A DNA stretch of 63,975 nucleotides, the filler included, from Trypethelium eluteriae (Eukaryota), in the NCBI GenBank assembly GCA_051942245.1. It is 4 parts of 4 records of this genome, joined end to end, with 100 filler letters (N's around TTAATTAATTAA, not from the genome) between each part and the next. Parts side by side here need not be neighbours in the genome. Positions count along the whole stretch, not along the records: positions 17,100 to 34,088 come from JAVECL010000603.1; positions 34,189 to 51,169 come from JAVECL010000604.1; 2 more parts are not named here. One strand, written 5' to 3'. Under the pieces are notes generated by a model. The model ran no database searches, was not told the DNA's origin, and saw only the letters and a list, made by a program, of their open reading frames with translations. The first letter of the stretch is position 1. Each line of letters begins with the position of its first letter. Made by a program: the position numbers and the translations under genes. Positions 24,900-36,966 of the stretch are shown here, one piece after another.

Positions 24900-26171
24900 G
24901 TTGTACTGATTTACTCTCAAGGGAGGTGTATGAAAGTGGGATTTCCATTGCCCTACAAACAGGCTTCTATTTGAGATAATGAGATACTTTAGTTCAAGAC
25001 TTCGCTGCAACTTGAGATCTCTTGGCTTTCCTGACAATAGCAGAAGGTTCGTAGTCGGCGCCGCGTACAGGCGGATCTCTTCGCCGACCAAAAGAAGAAG
25101 AAAAAAAAAAACAGCAATAAAACAGTGTGGACCTCCTCATTCGACCGCAACCACCTGTCTTCAGGTATTCACTCAGTATTCCTCGACCTTTGTAAACCTA
25201 TTGACCTTAATGCCAGAAAGCCAAGAAGCCAGACCCATCTGTAAGCCTTTGAGCAATCATCTGTCCATTATCCCCTTCGCGAGTGTCCTCCATAAGTAAG
25301 AGCCATGTATGGTCATCCGCAATCTTCACTCCATCTTGATCACCACTGCTTCCCTTCGTTGGTCTCACCAGCGTTAGCAGTTTCGCCAACATCGTCCCAC
25401 TTGTCGGTGTTATTACGAGCATCTTCTCCATTGCCAGCGGTGTTGTGATTCTTTTGCTCACTAGCTTGAGGCTGTTGTAGGCTGGGTGACGGCGACTTAG
25501 GCTTAGGTGCAACGGGTTGGAAGGAGCTGAGAATGTTAGCTTGCCTTTTTAAGTCAGGATTCGAGCAGCTTCAAGAACGTACAAGGTCTCCGTTGATTGG
25601 TCTCCACCATCCTCCGCTTGTTTCCCATTTGCTCCTGGACATCTGGACGGCCAAACATCATTGTCCTGCTACGAGAATTAGTATAGCATACAACTCATAC
25701 GGCGAACAGTTTAAGCAGCATCGCGAAACTAAACCAACCAAATAAAAATGCGAAACACAGATACGCAAGCCAAGTAAATGCAGCAAAATCCAGCGAAGGT
25801 AACAACGCTCCAATTCCATTACTTACCGAAATTCCGATAGCCACGAGTTCTTGTCCATCCGTCCTGTCCACCTTTTACCCATCCATGTATTGTCAGGCTG
25901 TGGTCACCTCAGCCACAATGGCGTTGTCGACTCCGAATCCTTGGCCTTTGCCTGAAGAATGAAGACTGGTTATCCATCGATCTATGTTGCGATGTTAGCT
26001 CAATGGGATCATATAGACATTTATGGTGTTGCAGAGCATACCCATACGCAGCACATCCCATGCGGAGGCACTATGCCTGTGAACAAGAACATTCCGAGCG
26101 TTCTACGGTCTGAGCATTAGCCCATATAGCTTCGAATATTTTACACTGCTTTGCAATACCTTTCATATGGA

Positions 26172-27120
26172 TCAGCAGCCTTCCATCGCCGCAAGCACCG
26201 AAAATCGATTACGAGACGAACTCGAAGTTGAGACGGTCGGAGTTGCGGTTAGCTCGACCCTTCGCCTGGTAGCTTTGGCGTTGGGAGGGCGTTGCTGCTG
26301 ATTCGGATCCACATTCTCTTGATCGTCCTCGGGATTGGCAAATTGAGGATATCCGGGAAATGCTGTAGAAGCGCTGTCCTTGTTCACGGGAATGCTCATG
26401 GCCTTGGCGGTTGTAGCGTTGCCAGTAATTGTGGATAAAGGCCGCCATGAGCTCATAGTGGGCTTCTTCTCCGGCTTGGTCGATACCTGCTTGACTGTTT
26501 GACGTGTCTCGTAGGCCTTGGCTTCCTGCTTCAGGACGTTGACAGATATAGTGTCGAGTGCCAGTTCGTCCTTGCCAAGTTTCTCGAAGGGAGCGAGGTG
26601 TGCCGTGAAGATGGTTAAACGGTCTGAGATATTCACGTGCGACAGCTTGCACATCGTGCCTTGTCTGAGCCGGAGAATTGGATTGCCGTCATGCGTAGAT
26701 GCACCAGGATGATCGATCAGGCGATACCGATTGCGGTAGTCGAAAACGGCGTCTGTCATGGGCCGACCACGCCTGGACGTGATGGGGTAAACGGTTGAGA
26801 CTGGACCGTTCTGTTCTGCAACCACGCAAGGATGATTGTAGGCGCCTTCGTTATTGGCCAGTTGCAAATGGATGTCGGCATCAGCTGGGATGAGATGTTT
26901 GGTTTCAGGTAGGCTATGGACCCCGTGAAGATTTTCTGAGCACCGACAAAGCTGTTCCTTCCCTGCCCAGGGGTTGAAGAGGAAGAAGCATCTGAACTCG
27001 CTGTAGAAGTGGCAGGGGAAGATGAACGCCAAGAAGAAGAGTCCAAGGCTAAGAGCCGGTTAGAGGAAGGAGAGACCCAAGAGGCAGCCAGGAGGTGAAT
27101 TTACCTCGAGAGCGCCATGA

Positions 27121-27156
<36 letters not shown>

Positions 27157-27234
27157 TGATGATGATGAAGATGCTGAAGAATTTGAAGATAGACTGTCTG
27201 AAGACAGCGATCGGTGGTGGTCGTAGTGAGGCAT
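26172..27234 (-). pseudogene. Poly-Ser + PemK/MazF-like barrel protein with a 1-nt frameshift (pseudogene, sequencing error or recoding)
   Basis: ATG 27234; intron 27049-27104 splices into the ORF 26756..27046 frame (...KIFTGSIAYLKP). The HPCVV...VYPITSRRG...LSHVN domain is in the ORF 26172..27032 frame. The switch falls at about 26898-26905. Confidence 0.55.
27117..27170. repeat. (GAC/GAT)n trinucleotide microsatellite encoding poly-Ser on the minus strand
   Basis: Directly visible. Confidence 0.95.
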
Positions 27235-29710
27235 TTTAACGATGCTAAGATGCAAAATGCAGATGAATTGGGAAAATGCGTGAACGGTACGAACATGAGC
27301 AAGGGAGCGTTTTTTGGAGCAGTGGGTGCAATTATATATCCATTGCACAATAAGGTTTTCCACTCTCTAAAAGATTAGGTTCGTGAAGCTATTGAAAGAG
27401 GTGGCATGGTGCTGGAAGCTCTATGCATGTTTATAGAGAATACCATTGAAGGGCTTCGATACTTTGCGGCATACAAAACTTTCCGGCATACGTTGAAACA
27501 CTTGGACAAGAAGCTGATGACAGGGTTTGAAGCTTAGGAAACTCTGACAGTCATATTTGACATGATCTTACTAGGAAGGATGGGATAAGGTTTAGAGAGA
27601 CTCGAAGTATCAAGCCGCGTGTAAGGAGAAGTCATTGGAGTTAGTTTGACGTTAGAGAAGACTGCCGACAGGAACCAATTGGACGACAATGGAAAATGAA
27701 AGAATGTAGTCTATGTATAACTGCTGTCGTATATCTAGATACGTAGCGAAGACTGTAACTAGGACTTGACCCACTTGAAGTTCTTCCGCAAGCTGTGAAT
27801 GAAAATTGGCAAAGACATACGTATGTATACGTAAATTAGGAGACATCGACTCTCGACTGGTACATCGACAACCCGGAAATGTTACCTCTCTTTGACGACA
27901 ATTCAAGTTGTCGATGGAATCGACTAGAAAGATCATAGCTGCGCTAAGGATGTTGAGTCCTCTATTTTCGATGTATATTGTCAAAGTTTTAGGGAGTGAT
28001 ATACCCCAAAGCAAGGTTGAAAGACTAGCACATGATGCATCCATGGAAAGATGGTAGACTTCGAACTGTCATTGGCAGTTTGACACAGATCTTCCAGCTT
28101 GATGACCCTGCATATACAAACAGAGATGACTTGTTGTTAGGGAGTTACAGTTGAGTAAAATTATGTAATGCGTGGTATGCTATTACCGACCTTGGCGACC
28201 AAAATTAGGCTTGGCTGCAGAATATCGAGACAGTCCAGATCGTCTTACCTTGCCTTGTGGATTGACCGGAGGAGGGTCGCATGACACTACTGCATGACTT
28301 GGCATTGGTGCACCAGGTGCAGGACATCCCAAGATCTCTAAGGTACGAGACCCGTGGACTTATCTTGTGCTCATCGGTGTCAGAGTACGGCGTAGAGAGC
28401 AAGAACAGGCATGACAGGAAGGTTTGAGGTCTGCTCTGAGTCGTCATCCCACGTGGGGTTTGAACGAATACTGGTGCACGGGTGCGGGACGTTTTGAGCG
28501 TTAGAGTTAGGTGGATCGGCTCCGATTTGGTGGGTTCGATAGCCGCCATACATCGTGGAGAATAGGTGCGTCTTGCTCACCCTGCCGAGATAGGATATTA
28601 GAGGTATTATGTTTCCGCGCTTCGGCGAGGTTCCAGTACTTGACACCGGTGTTTTCACTGCAGCCCACGCCCAGAGAAGCCTTGCACTGATATCGGATAG
28701 GAAGCGGTGAACCCGACCATCGCCCCGTCCGGCTCTCTGCACAGCAGAATACAGCCGGCGAAGGAGGCCCAATCAAGACGGCACGTTGGGATCTTATCAG
28801 CGTACTCCGTACCGACGAAAAAAAAAAAATCAGTCAAGGAGAGACCCGTTGTGACCCAGCACTCCGGTAACATTCTTGGCGGTGGAGGACCGTCAGCTCA
28901 CTACGAAGCTTCCCACCCGCCGCGTCCAGAGTCTAGCGTTCCATGACTGCTGCTCCGGTTACTAACGGGGCTGCGAATTGGGCGCCTGTTGTCGTGTGTC
29001 CCAGCCCAGTCGCCGCACGCGACTCCGCTTTGGGCTTCATAGCATCCCGCTCGGGAGAAGAAGAAACACGCGGCGCAAGAAGCAAAGCAGATCAATGCTA
29101 TCGAATGACCTAATGCTTGGTCTAAATCGTCAATGATGACAGAATACAATCTAGACGTGGCAGCGCGTGAGCGCAGGGATGAGCTCCCTTGCTGGGGCGC
29201 ACGCCCAGGGCGTTTGACAATCCTACAAGACGGGGGTCCTGTGTTCCCACGGCGCCCACCGAGATTGAAAAAAATTAGGAAAAAATAAAAATAAAAAGCT
29301 ATCGGTCAGGCTGACTTTATCGTTCTGTTGTCCCTTCCTCGCACGTCAACGGCAATCAGCTTGCGTGCCCCAGCTCGCAGATAAGACTCCTACCTGATTT
29401 ATTTGCCTCGAGTCCCAAATACCATGATGGGCGGTAATTTCAGCTTTCGTAGCTGACACTCAAAGAAACGCCAAGACTCACAGCTCATGATTCAAGCTTG
29501 CTGATACATCATTCCATAATCTTATTCACACGTGCCTGCGTCGGGCTGCAGTCATTGGTCTGTGGGACGAAGTTGGGAATTTGTATGCCAACAATCTAAC
29601 TCACGTCACACAAACAACATAGCCGTTCATCTTCCAAGTTATTTTCTTGGCAAGCCTCCATCACCACCGAAACCAAAAAATTTACCCAAAAAGCCTCTCT
29701 AATTTTCGAG

Positions 29711-30295
29711 ATGTGCGTCGTCGAACTGAACGTCACCACCCTGGAATGCCGCCATCGATGGTATCACCTTCTCCGAAACTGCTCTCCCTCCACAAACCTT
29801 CAGAACTGCCCAGACAAGCTCAAGCTTGAGGGATGGGAGAGCAAAGTCAGCTTCTGTCCGTGGTGTGACCAAGAAACCCCTACCGAACCTCAAGAGTTCC
29901 GCCTTGTTGGCAACGATCGCACCCCAAGCATTGGTGGACTTTCACGAGCCTCGAGCACCACCAACATCGAGCCCACACTGATGTCTTCACGCCGAGAAAG
30001 TCGAAGCGGCAGCATTGCTCGCACGGATAGCTCTACAAGTCTGACTGAAGCAGCCGGAGAGAGAAACCGAGCCCAGAATATGAGGATCCAGTGGTACCTG
30101 ACCACTCGCCTTGAGGCCATTGCCCAAGAAGAAGCAAAAGAGAGACCGACTACTAGCAGACGCTCTTCGATCATGGGCCTGCCACTCTCATCAACACCGA
30201 GTAATACTTCTACCGGCTCCGGGTCCGATGGCGGTAGCGTTCTTGGGAAGGGATGGAAGAAAGGGAAGAAAATCAGTCGCAGCTTCTTCCGCTGA
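29711..30295 (+). CDS. Small fungal hypothetical protein with Cys/His-rich N-terminus
   Basis: Single ORF, MC...CRHRWYHLLRNC...C...CPWC, followed by a Ser/Arg-rich tail. Confidence 0.75.
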   Translation: MCVVELNVTTLECRHRWYHLLRNCSPSTNLQNCPDKLKLEGWESKVSFCPWCDQETPTEPQEFRLVGNDRTPSIGGLSRASSTTNIEPTLMSSRRESRSGSIARTDSSTSLTEAAGERNRAQNMRIQWYLTTRLEAIAQEEAKERPTTSRRSSIMGLPLSSTPSNTSTGSGSDGGSVLGKGWKKGKKISRSFFR

Positions 30296-31347
30296 AGGGA
30301 GTAGAGGATGGGATTGACAAACAAACAAACAAACAACCAGAAAGATGCGATCGCGCGGCTGACGAACAGGCATGGATTTCGGGTTCTCTCCATTGGTTTT
30401 TGCTTCACGGCATGACTTTGCTTTGGGTTTCTCGTTACCTGCGTTGTGGACCGTGAGATACATCATGGCTCGCCGTACAATACAAGGGTGAGCCTATGCC
30501 GACGGACCCGGGGGTCCTCAAGGCTGGTGGCTGCTCCTGCGCGGCATTTTGGGCTGGTGGGGATGCTGTAGAAGATGAGAGAGGGTCCTTGCTGTCTTCA
30601 TGAGCATGCTCATAACAGCATGACTTCGATTCATATACCCAACATTTCTTTATGACCGCTTGTCCATGTAGAAGAAATATTCATGGCACCTGGCAGTGCC
30701 GAAAATCCTCTGCTTTTCCACTCCGAGTATACCTTTCACTCTTGCAAACGAGCATGCTTGTGATGATAACGAGTGCTTAACACAAGAACCCAGATTTCGC
30801 CCACATCTTACTCTACGAGCACGGAATGAGATGCAAGCGTACTGCAGCCGCCGGAAACCCACTGAAAAAAGACGAGAGAAGGAAAAAATGAAAAGTGGTT
30901 CTGTGTCTAGTGGCACTGCTCCGTAAGCTCAGGCATTTTAGAAGACCGTTAGAATTTGTTCTAGTATATTTGACGGGTTCAGAGAGGGGGATGCTCAAGG
31001 TTGGCATGTGGGTATCATTACCCTGAAACGCTCAGACACTGTACCACCCCACCTCTACGATAATGGCGGGGCACAGGATTGCGGGGGAGAATTTATCACA
31101 TGCCATCATTTTAATCTGGTGAGTCCGCCGAATCAACATTGAATTGATGACATACCGCCTATCTAACGCTCCATTGACTAAGTGTCTCGGATTAAACACG
31201 GATCGATCCGGAGAATCGTAGTGGTGCAAAAATTGACCCCCTTCATTCTAAAGAACCCGAGACCTTCGAATGCTACCGAAAACCGTTCCAATACCCACAT
31301 TGGATGTTTCAAGGATCTCTGCCTTATAACCATTCTATCGCTCCAAC

Positions 31348-32635
31348 ATGCCTGCTCCTCGACAAGTTAATATCGCTGTTCTCGGTAAGCGAACACATCT
31401 CTTCTTAGTAATGCCATTGCTCACCCTCAAGCAGGCGCTGGCGGCGTGGGAAGCTGCTTTCTCTCCCAACTCTCTAGTCTCAGCGCCAAGCTCTCGCAGA
31501 ATCCCTCCACGCCCACGTATCTATCCCTCATCCTCCTCTCACGCTCCAAGACGATGGTCTACAATGACGCCTTCAAGCCAATCAACATCTCCGACTGGAA
31601 AAGCATCATGGAGAAGAACTCAAAGCCAGCACTACCGCTCCCCGATCTCGCAGATTTCCTGGCCATGAGCCCTGAGAAGGTGGTGCTCGTAGATAATACG
31701 AGCAGCCAGGATGTCGCTGACCACTACCCAATGTTTTTGAGGAAGGGTATCAGCGTCGTCACGGCGAACAAGAAAGGCTTTGCAGGAAGCTACGCACTAT
31801 GGCAGGACATCTTTAGGGCAGCATCGAACGGTACGGGGCAAGGCGGCTGGATCTTCCATGAGAGCAGTGTGGGGGCATGCTTACCGACCGTGAGCACGCT
31901 CAAGGACCTCGTGGAGACAGGAGACGAGGTGAGGAAGATTGAGGGTGTGTTCTCGGGGACGATGAGCTTCTTGTTCAATAACTTTATGCCTGCGGGCGGT
32001 GGAGGAGGCTCATTCAGTCAGGAGGTGAAGAAGGCGAAGGACTTGGGTTATACAGAACCTGATCCACGCGATGACTTGAATGGTATGGATGTTGCGCGCA
32101 AATTGACAATACTGGGGAGGTTGGTCGGTCTGGAGATTGAATCGCCAACGAGTTTCCCTGTGCAAAGCCTGATTCCGACCGCATTGGAGAATGTCAAGGA
32201 CCCTAACGAATTTATGGCAAAGTTGGGAGGGTACGATGGCGAAATGGAGAAATTGAAGAAAGAAGCCGCGAGCGAGGGGAAGGTCTTAAGATATGTGGGT
32301 AGCGTCGATGTGGAAAAGAAGCAATGCAGAGTCGGGCTGGAAAAGTATGACAGCTTCCCCAAACAGGACGGAGCACTGCTAATGTTTAGGTAAGATTCGA
32401 CTCTTCGCACCCAATCTCAGCGCTCAAAGGCAGCGATAACATCTTTAGCTTTTACACCAAGCGGTACGGTGAGAGCCCGTTGGTCATACAGGGAGCAGGG
32501 TGAGTTTGCATTGTGTACCTCCGCCCTGCCCGCTCACGGCTGATCGCATTATGCAGTGCCGGTGGAGATGTGACAGCCATGGGAGTTACAGGCGATTTAA
32601 TCAAAGTTCTGCGTTTGCTTCCTCAAAGACAGTGA
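31348..32635 (+). CDS. HOM6: Homoserine dehydrogenase
   Basis: NIAVLG-AGGVG Rossmann motif across intron ~31385-31434; VDNTSS, TANKK, HESSVGACLP, GYTEPDPRDDLNGMDVARKL, IQGAGAGGDVTAMGV. Confidence 0.95.
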
Positions 32636-33854
32636 CATCCTAAACACGTGCATTTAGAGAAGCGCAGCACCATATTTTCCATCAAAAAAGCTACAAAAAT
32701 TTCGACAAGTTGGACCAATGACATGCAGACCCGTTCCTATCACAAAAGCTAAGCTAGAATTCACTTTGAGCAGACCGATACCTTCGTCTACATATCAGCA
32801 TGATATTGGAAATTACCATCGATGTGCCGTAGCCGGCTTACTTCCCGTCCCAATCCAACGCAACAACCATATCCATATTCAACGCCGCTTCATGTTCCAC
32901 CTCCTCGATCAGCCCCGGAAACGACTCCTCCCACACGCTCCTCGTCCTCACCAACTGCCCAATTTCCTCCAGCGCCAACAAGAGATTAGCCATGCTGGGC
33001 TTTCTCGGGTCATCACTGATATCTGCGCACGAAGACAATCAGCCGGGTGAAGAATCAGGAAGCACTTATTGAACCAAAGAGAACAAACCTTAAGGTCTTC
33101 TCTGCCTACGTCACAATATCTGACAGCACGGCTCAAACTTCCGTATGGACGGATATTGATCCAGAGTCAAATCCAACCATCTTTTGGATTTTCCCGCGAA
33201 CAAATGAAGCAGTCGAATAATGAATTAGCAAAGGTTCTATGTAATCATAAGAAGCTGCATTCGCTCTGCTTGATACTGTCTGCGATCCATACCCAGGAGT
33301 CTTTCTACGAGAAACATGAGCAAATCCTGAAATCATTTTTCGGAGGCCTACTCTCCGAAGCTAGAAACGGCTCCAACGAAAAGCTTTGCGCTCATTGACA
33401 CAGCTACCTAATCATCAAGTGCAAAGTACAGCATGCACAGAATTTGCAATCTTTTAGCCGAATCCGCAACTGACGAAGCACATCCTTGCATCTCCCGCCA
33501 GGGAGAACTTGCATTGGCGGGTACCAATGATACTTCAGTGGCTGATCAGAAGGATGAAATGACATCGAGCCCGACAATAAGGGCGGGGATAGTGGAGATG
33601 AAAACAGCGAGGGTAGCGGAGACGAAGATTAGAATCTACTAAGAAGACTTCATCCACTCATCGCATTTCTCACTGGTGGAAGTTCATTTGAAAACTTTAG
33701 GGCTAGGCTTCATGTTGAAGCCAGAAAGGTATTATTGGCAAATGTAGGAAGCAAATGAGGAGAGCAATGTGTCTGATTGATTGTAGTGTGTCTCATGAAG
33801 TTAGTGTACAAGGTAAGAGGAGTGTCGGGATGAGAGGGGTTCTACCGCAGCGTG

Positions 33855-33936
33855 AACATGGGCCAAAATGGTCATAACAGTAAAGTTGAAATAATTAACA
33901 TTGTATTGATTACTACCTTGCGGCGGCGGTAAGGTA
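33855..33936. mobile_element. Degenerate partial copy of the 185-bp MITE
   Basis: AACATGGGCCAAAATGGTCATAACAGTAAAGTTGAAAT...ACATTGTATTGATTAC...GCGGTAAGGTA matches internal and terminal MITE segments. Confidence 0.65.
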
Positions 33937-33950
33937 AGGTAGGTAGGCTA

Positions 33951-34088
33951 ACGTGTTTCACAAGTGAGCTGATCACCCGGGCGAGCTGATCAACCCCACC
34001 ACGCGTCGCGCGTACGAACCTTTAATTCTCAATTGACAACCATGCAAGCTTCTAATAAGTCTAATCTTGAGGGAAGACTTTTATTAGC
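33951..34088 (+). mobile_element. 5' end of a pogo/Fot1-type DNA transposon with transposase start
   Basis: TA followed by ACGT terminus, duplicated GAGCTGATCA subterminal motif, and ATG at 34042 giving MQASNKSNLEGRLLL, like Fot1/Pot2 transposase N-termini. Cut by the contig end. Confidence 0.65.
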
Positions 34089-34188
34089 NNNNNNNNNNNN
34101 NNNNNNNNNNNNNNNNNNNNNNNNNNNNNNNNTTAATTAATTAANNNNNNNNNNNNNNNNNNNNNNNNNNNNNNNNNNNNNNNNNNNN
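34089..34188. other. Artificial contig-joining spacer
   Basis: Same 100-nt N/TTAATTAATTAA spacer. Confidence 0.97.
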
Positions 34189-34700
34189 ATTATAATAATA
34201 TTAAAGTTCTTTATTAAAAATATTATTATATATATTATAACTTAAAAAAATTAGATTTTTAAAAATTTAGCTTTTTAATTCTTATTTATATTTAAATATA
34301 TAAGAATTTTAAAAATTATAAAATTATAAAATTGATAAGCAAGTTTTTTTTTTTTTAATAATATAATTTTTATATTTATAACTTATTTAATTATTAAGAT
34401 AATTAAAATTAAAATTTGGTAATTTTAATATAAAAAAGATGTGTAAATAATAAAGCCGTGCAAGTAAAAAGGAAAACCTTTATAGGTGTGTTTATTATAT
34501 CCCCACCCCTTTATACCAACCACTAACCACCAATCTAAATTAGTACTAAATAAGTCCAATCTTATTTATAAAAGCCTACTATACCCCCTTAATCTGCTTA
34601 TCAGCTTTGCTTATTCTTAGAAACTCTAAACATCTACTGCGCGCCCGCCTCTAATATAAAGCCACTTCCCTACCCATTGGTCTCTAAGCCAACTCCCCAA
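34189..34700. mobile_element. RIP-degraded AT-rich TE relic
   Basis: Extreme AT content, TpA-rich and CpA/TpG-poor, no ORFs. Confidence 0.7.
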
Positions 34701-34916
34701 TTGTTATAAGCAATAACAACATCACCATAATATCTCAAAGCCCCTCACCGCCTTGGACCCTAAGTCCTCCTTTGGGGCGAAATCCTTAAGATCATCATCA
34801 CCTCAGAGTGCTGCCTCTCTCTGTAATTCACAGCGCGCGGCACCCCAGCCATCACTCGGTTGCCCCCCCTTGGCATCACCGCCCGTCACAGATTGGCTCA
34901 CCGGGGAGGGTGCCCT

Positions 34917-36483
34917 GAGTAAGCATCTGGGCCTACCGGCCCCGCTCACCGCTTGCGCTGCCGGCCCGAGTCAATGTTTCAAAATCGTTCACCGCCCCCA
35001 GCCTCTCCAGAATCTCTCCAGCCCACTGGGGGGGGGCCCTGAGTAGCATCTGGGCCTACTACTACCGGCCCCGCTCACCGCCCTGCGCTGCCGCCCGAGT
35101 CAATGTATCAAAACGGTTCACCGCCCTAGCCACCAGCATTTTACCCCTAGAAGGGTCCGGGAGGCCCCCCAGTCCAGCCACCTGAAAAAAGAGAAAGAAG
35201 CAAAAACCCGGATCGCAAGCCAAGAAGTGGGATTATGGCTCGCTGCCGAAATTTTTCGCCCTTCCTGTTGCGGCGGCTGATTCCTGCTGGGGGCCTCCCC
35301 GACCCGAATTTCCAGATTTGGACTCCGGGCTTGATTTTTTCTGAAAATATTGAGAGCACGAAGGTTTAATCTCATTCAAGATTGAATGTTAAGATTTCTA
35401 GACTGCCCTCAATGCGCTGGGGGGCTCCCCGACCCGAATTTGGGATCTGGACTCGGGACTTGATTATTTTTGCTGAGAAGATTTAGAGCATGAAGATTAA
35501 GTCTTATCCAAGACTGTATAAAAGACCTCTAGACTGCCCGAATTGCGCTGGGGGGCTCCCCGACCCGAGTTTGGGATCTAGACTCGGGACTTAATCTTTT
35601 TCCTCAAAAGATTTAGAGTATAAAGATTTAGTCTTATTAAGGATTAAATATTAAGACCTCTAAACTGCCTCAATTACGCTGGGGGCCTCTCCGACCCAAA
35701 TTTAGGATCTGAGCTCGGGACTTTATCTTTTTTAAAAAAAAATTAAAGCATAAAGATTGAGTCTCATCCAAGATTAAATAGTAAGACCTCTGGATTGTCC
35801 CAATTGTGCTGGGGGCCTCCTGGACATCAATCTAGGACTTCAGCGATGCAACAAATATTTCTTGTAAATTTAATAAACATTGGGTAACCAACGGATAAAT
35901 TGTGGCGCTATGAGACCCACGATCTGTCCCCAGTTCTGCTGGGGGCCTCCTGAAAATTATTCTAGAACTTCAGCAATACAACAGACATTCCTTATATAAT
36001 TAATAAATATTAGTAACTAATAAATAAATTGTGCTACTGTGAGACCTACAATCTGTCCTAATTCTGCTGGGGGTTGCTTTAAACAATTTCTAATACATTT
36101 AAAATAACCAGTCATTTTCCCCAATAACATGACCTATCATTAGAACTCATACGGGCAGCTTGAGATGCTTCAATTTCATGGCCTATCATAGCATTTCTGT
36201 AAAAATTAATCGAGGAGGCCCCCAGCGCCCAAGTATTAGAGCTTATGTTTAATTTCATGGTCCATCGTAGCATTCATCTAATATTGATCGAGGGGCCCCC
36301 CAGCGCCCAAGTGGTAGAACTTATGTTCAATTTCATGGTCTATCGTAGCATTCATCTAAAGATTGATCGAGGAGCCCCCCAGCGCCCAAAATATTAGAAC
36401 TCGTGCGGGGAGCTTGAGATGCTTCAATTTCATGGTCCACCGTAGCATTCATGTAAAAATTGATCGAGGAGCCCCCCAGCGCC
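34917..36483. repeat. Compound minisatellite array (2 x ~124 bp; 7 x ~130 bp; 4 x ~80-95 bp with inverted core)
   Basis: GCTGGGGG core at 35286, 35416, 35547, 35678, 35808, 35938 and 36066. The reverse-complement core CCCCCAGCGC occurs at ~36219, 36297, 36376 and 36473. Confidence 0.9.
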
Positions 36484-36966
36484 TGCGTTGGCCGCTGGCA
36501 ATTTTCAGATACATGGCGGCGCAGCATTTTCGTAATTTAATAAAAATCTCACAAATTTTGAACATACGGCAAGCGCATCTAGAGCAAAACCTCATTAGGC
36601 TACCTGCCGGAGAGTTAACCTTCAAAATTTTGGCGTTGTATTCGCACTAGTCCCAACACACGCTCCATAAGGGCTGCTACAGTCAATGGTGTACGGTGTG
36701 TCGCAATTGAGCGAGGAGACCCCCAGTGAGAAGTGCATGCCCGAACAATAGCAGCTCCTGGGTCACTGCCCGCCACCGCAAGCTATTGTACCCCATTGAA
36801 GGGGGCCAGGGTTTTAAGCCATCAACGATCCCACTGGTTCTCCAAATCGAAGCGCAACTTTCTTTCACAATCTTCTACATCAGCCAACATCTAACTCTGG
36901 AACCAAAATTGCTAATTGTCATTCTACATTATGGGCTCGGTACACCTCTTTGAACCAGTGTCCGCC

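Noticed and set aside
24864..25091. Two ORFs (this one and 62030..62590) sharing the C-terminus YLTA.GGFLNW
   Set aside because: Both simply read into the MITE TIR; they are not paralogous proteins.
27650..29150. Cluster of overlapping 70-130 aa ORFs
   Set aside because: No coding signature or motifs; probably promoter or intergenic sequence.
32838..33600. Possible small spliced minus-strand gene downstream of HOM6
   Set aside because: Short coding-like ORF pieces, but I could not build a consistent exon chain or recognise a family.
35286..36483. Regularly spaced repeats resembling a CRISPR array
   Set aside because: The intervening sequences are homologous to each other (tandem repeats, not unique spacers), the context is eukaryotic and there are no cas genes.
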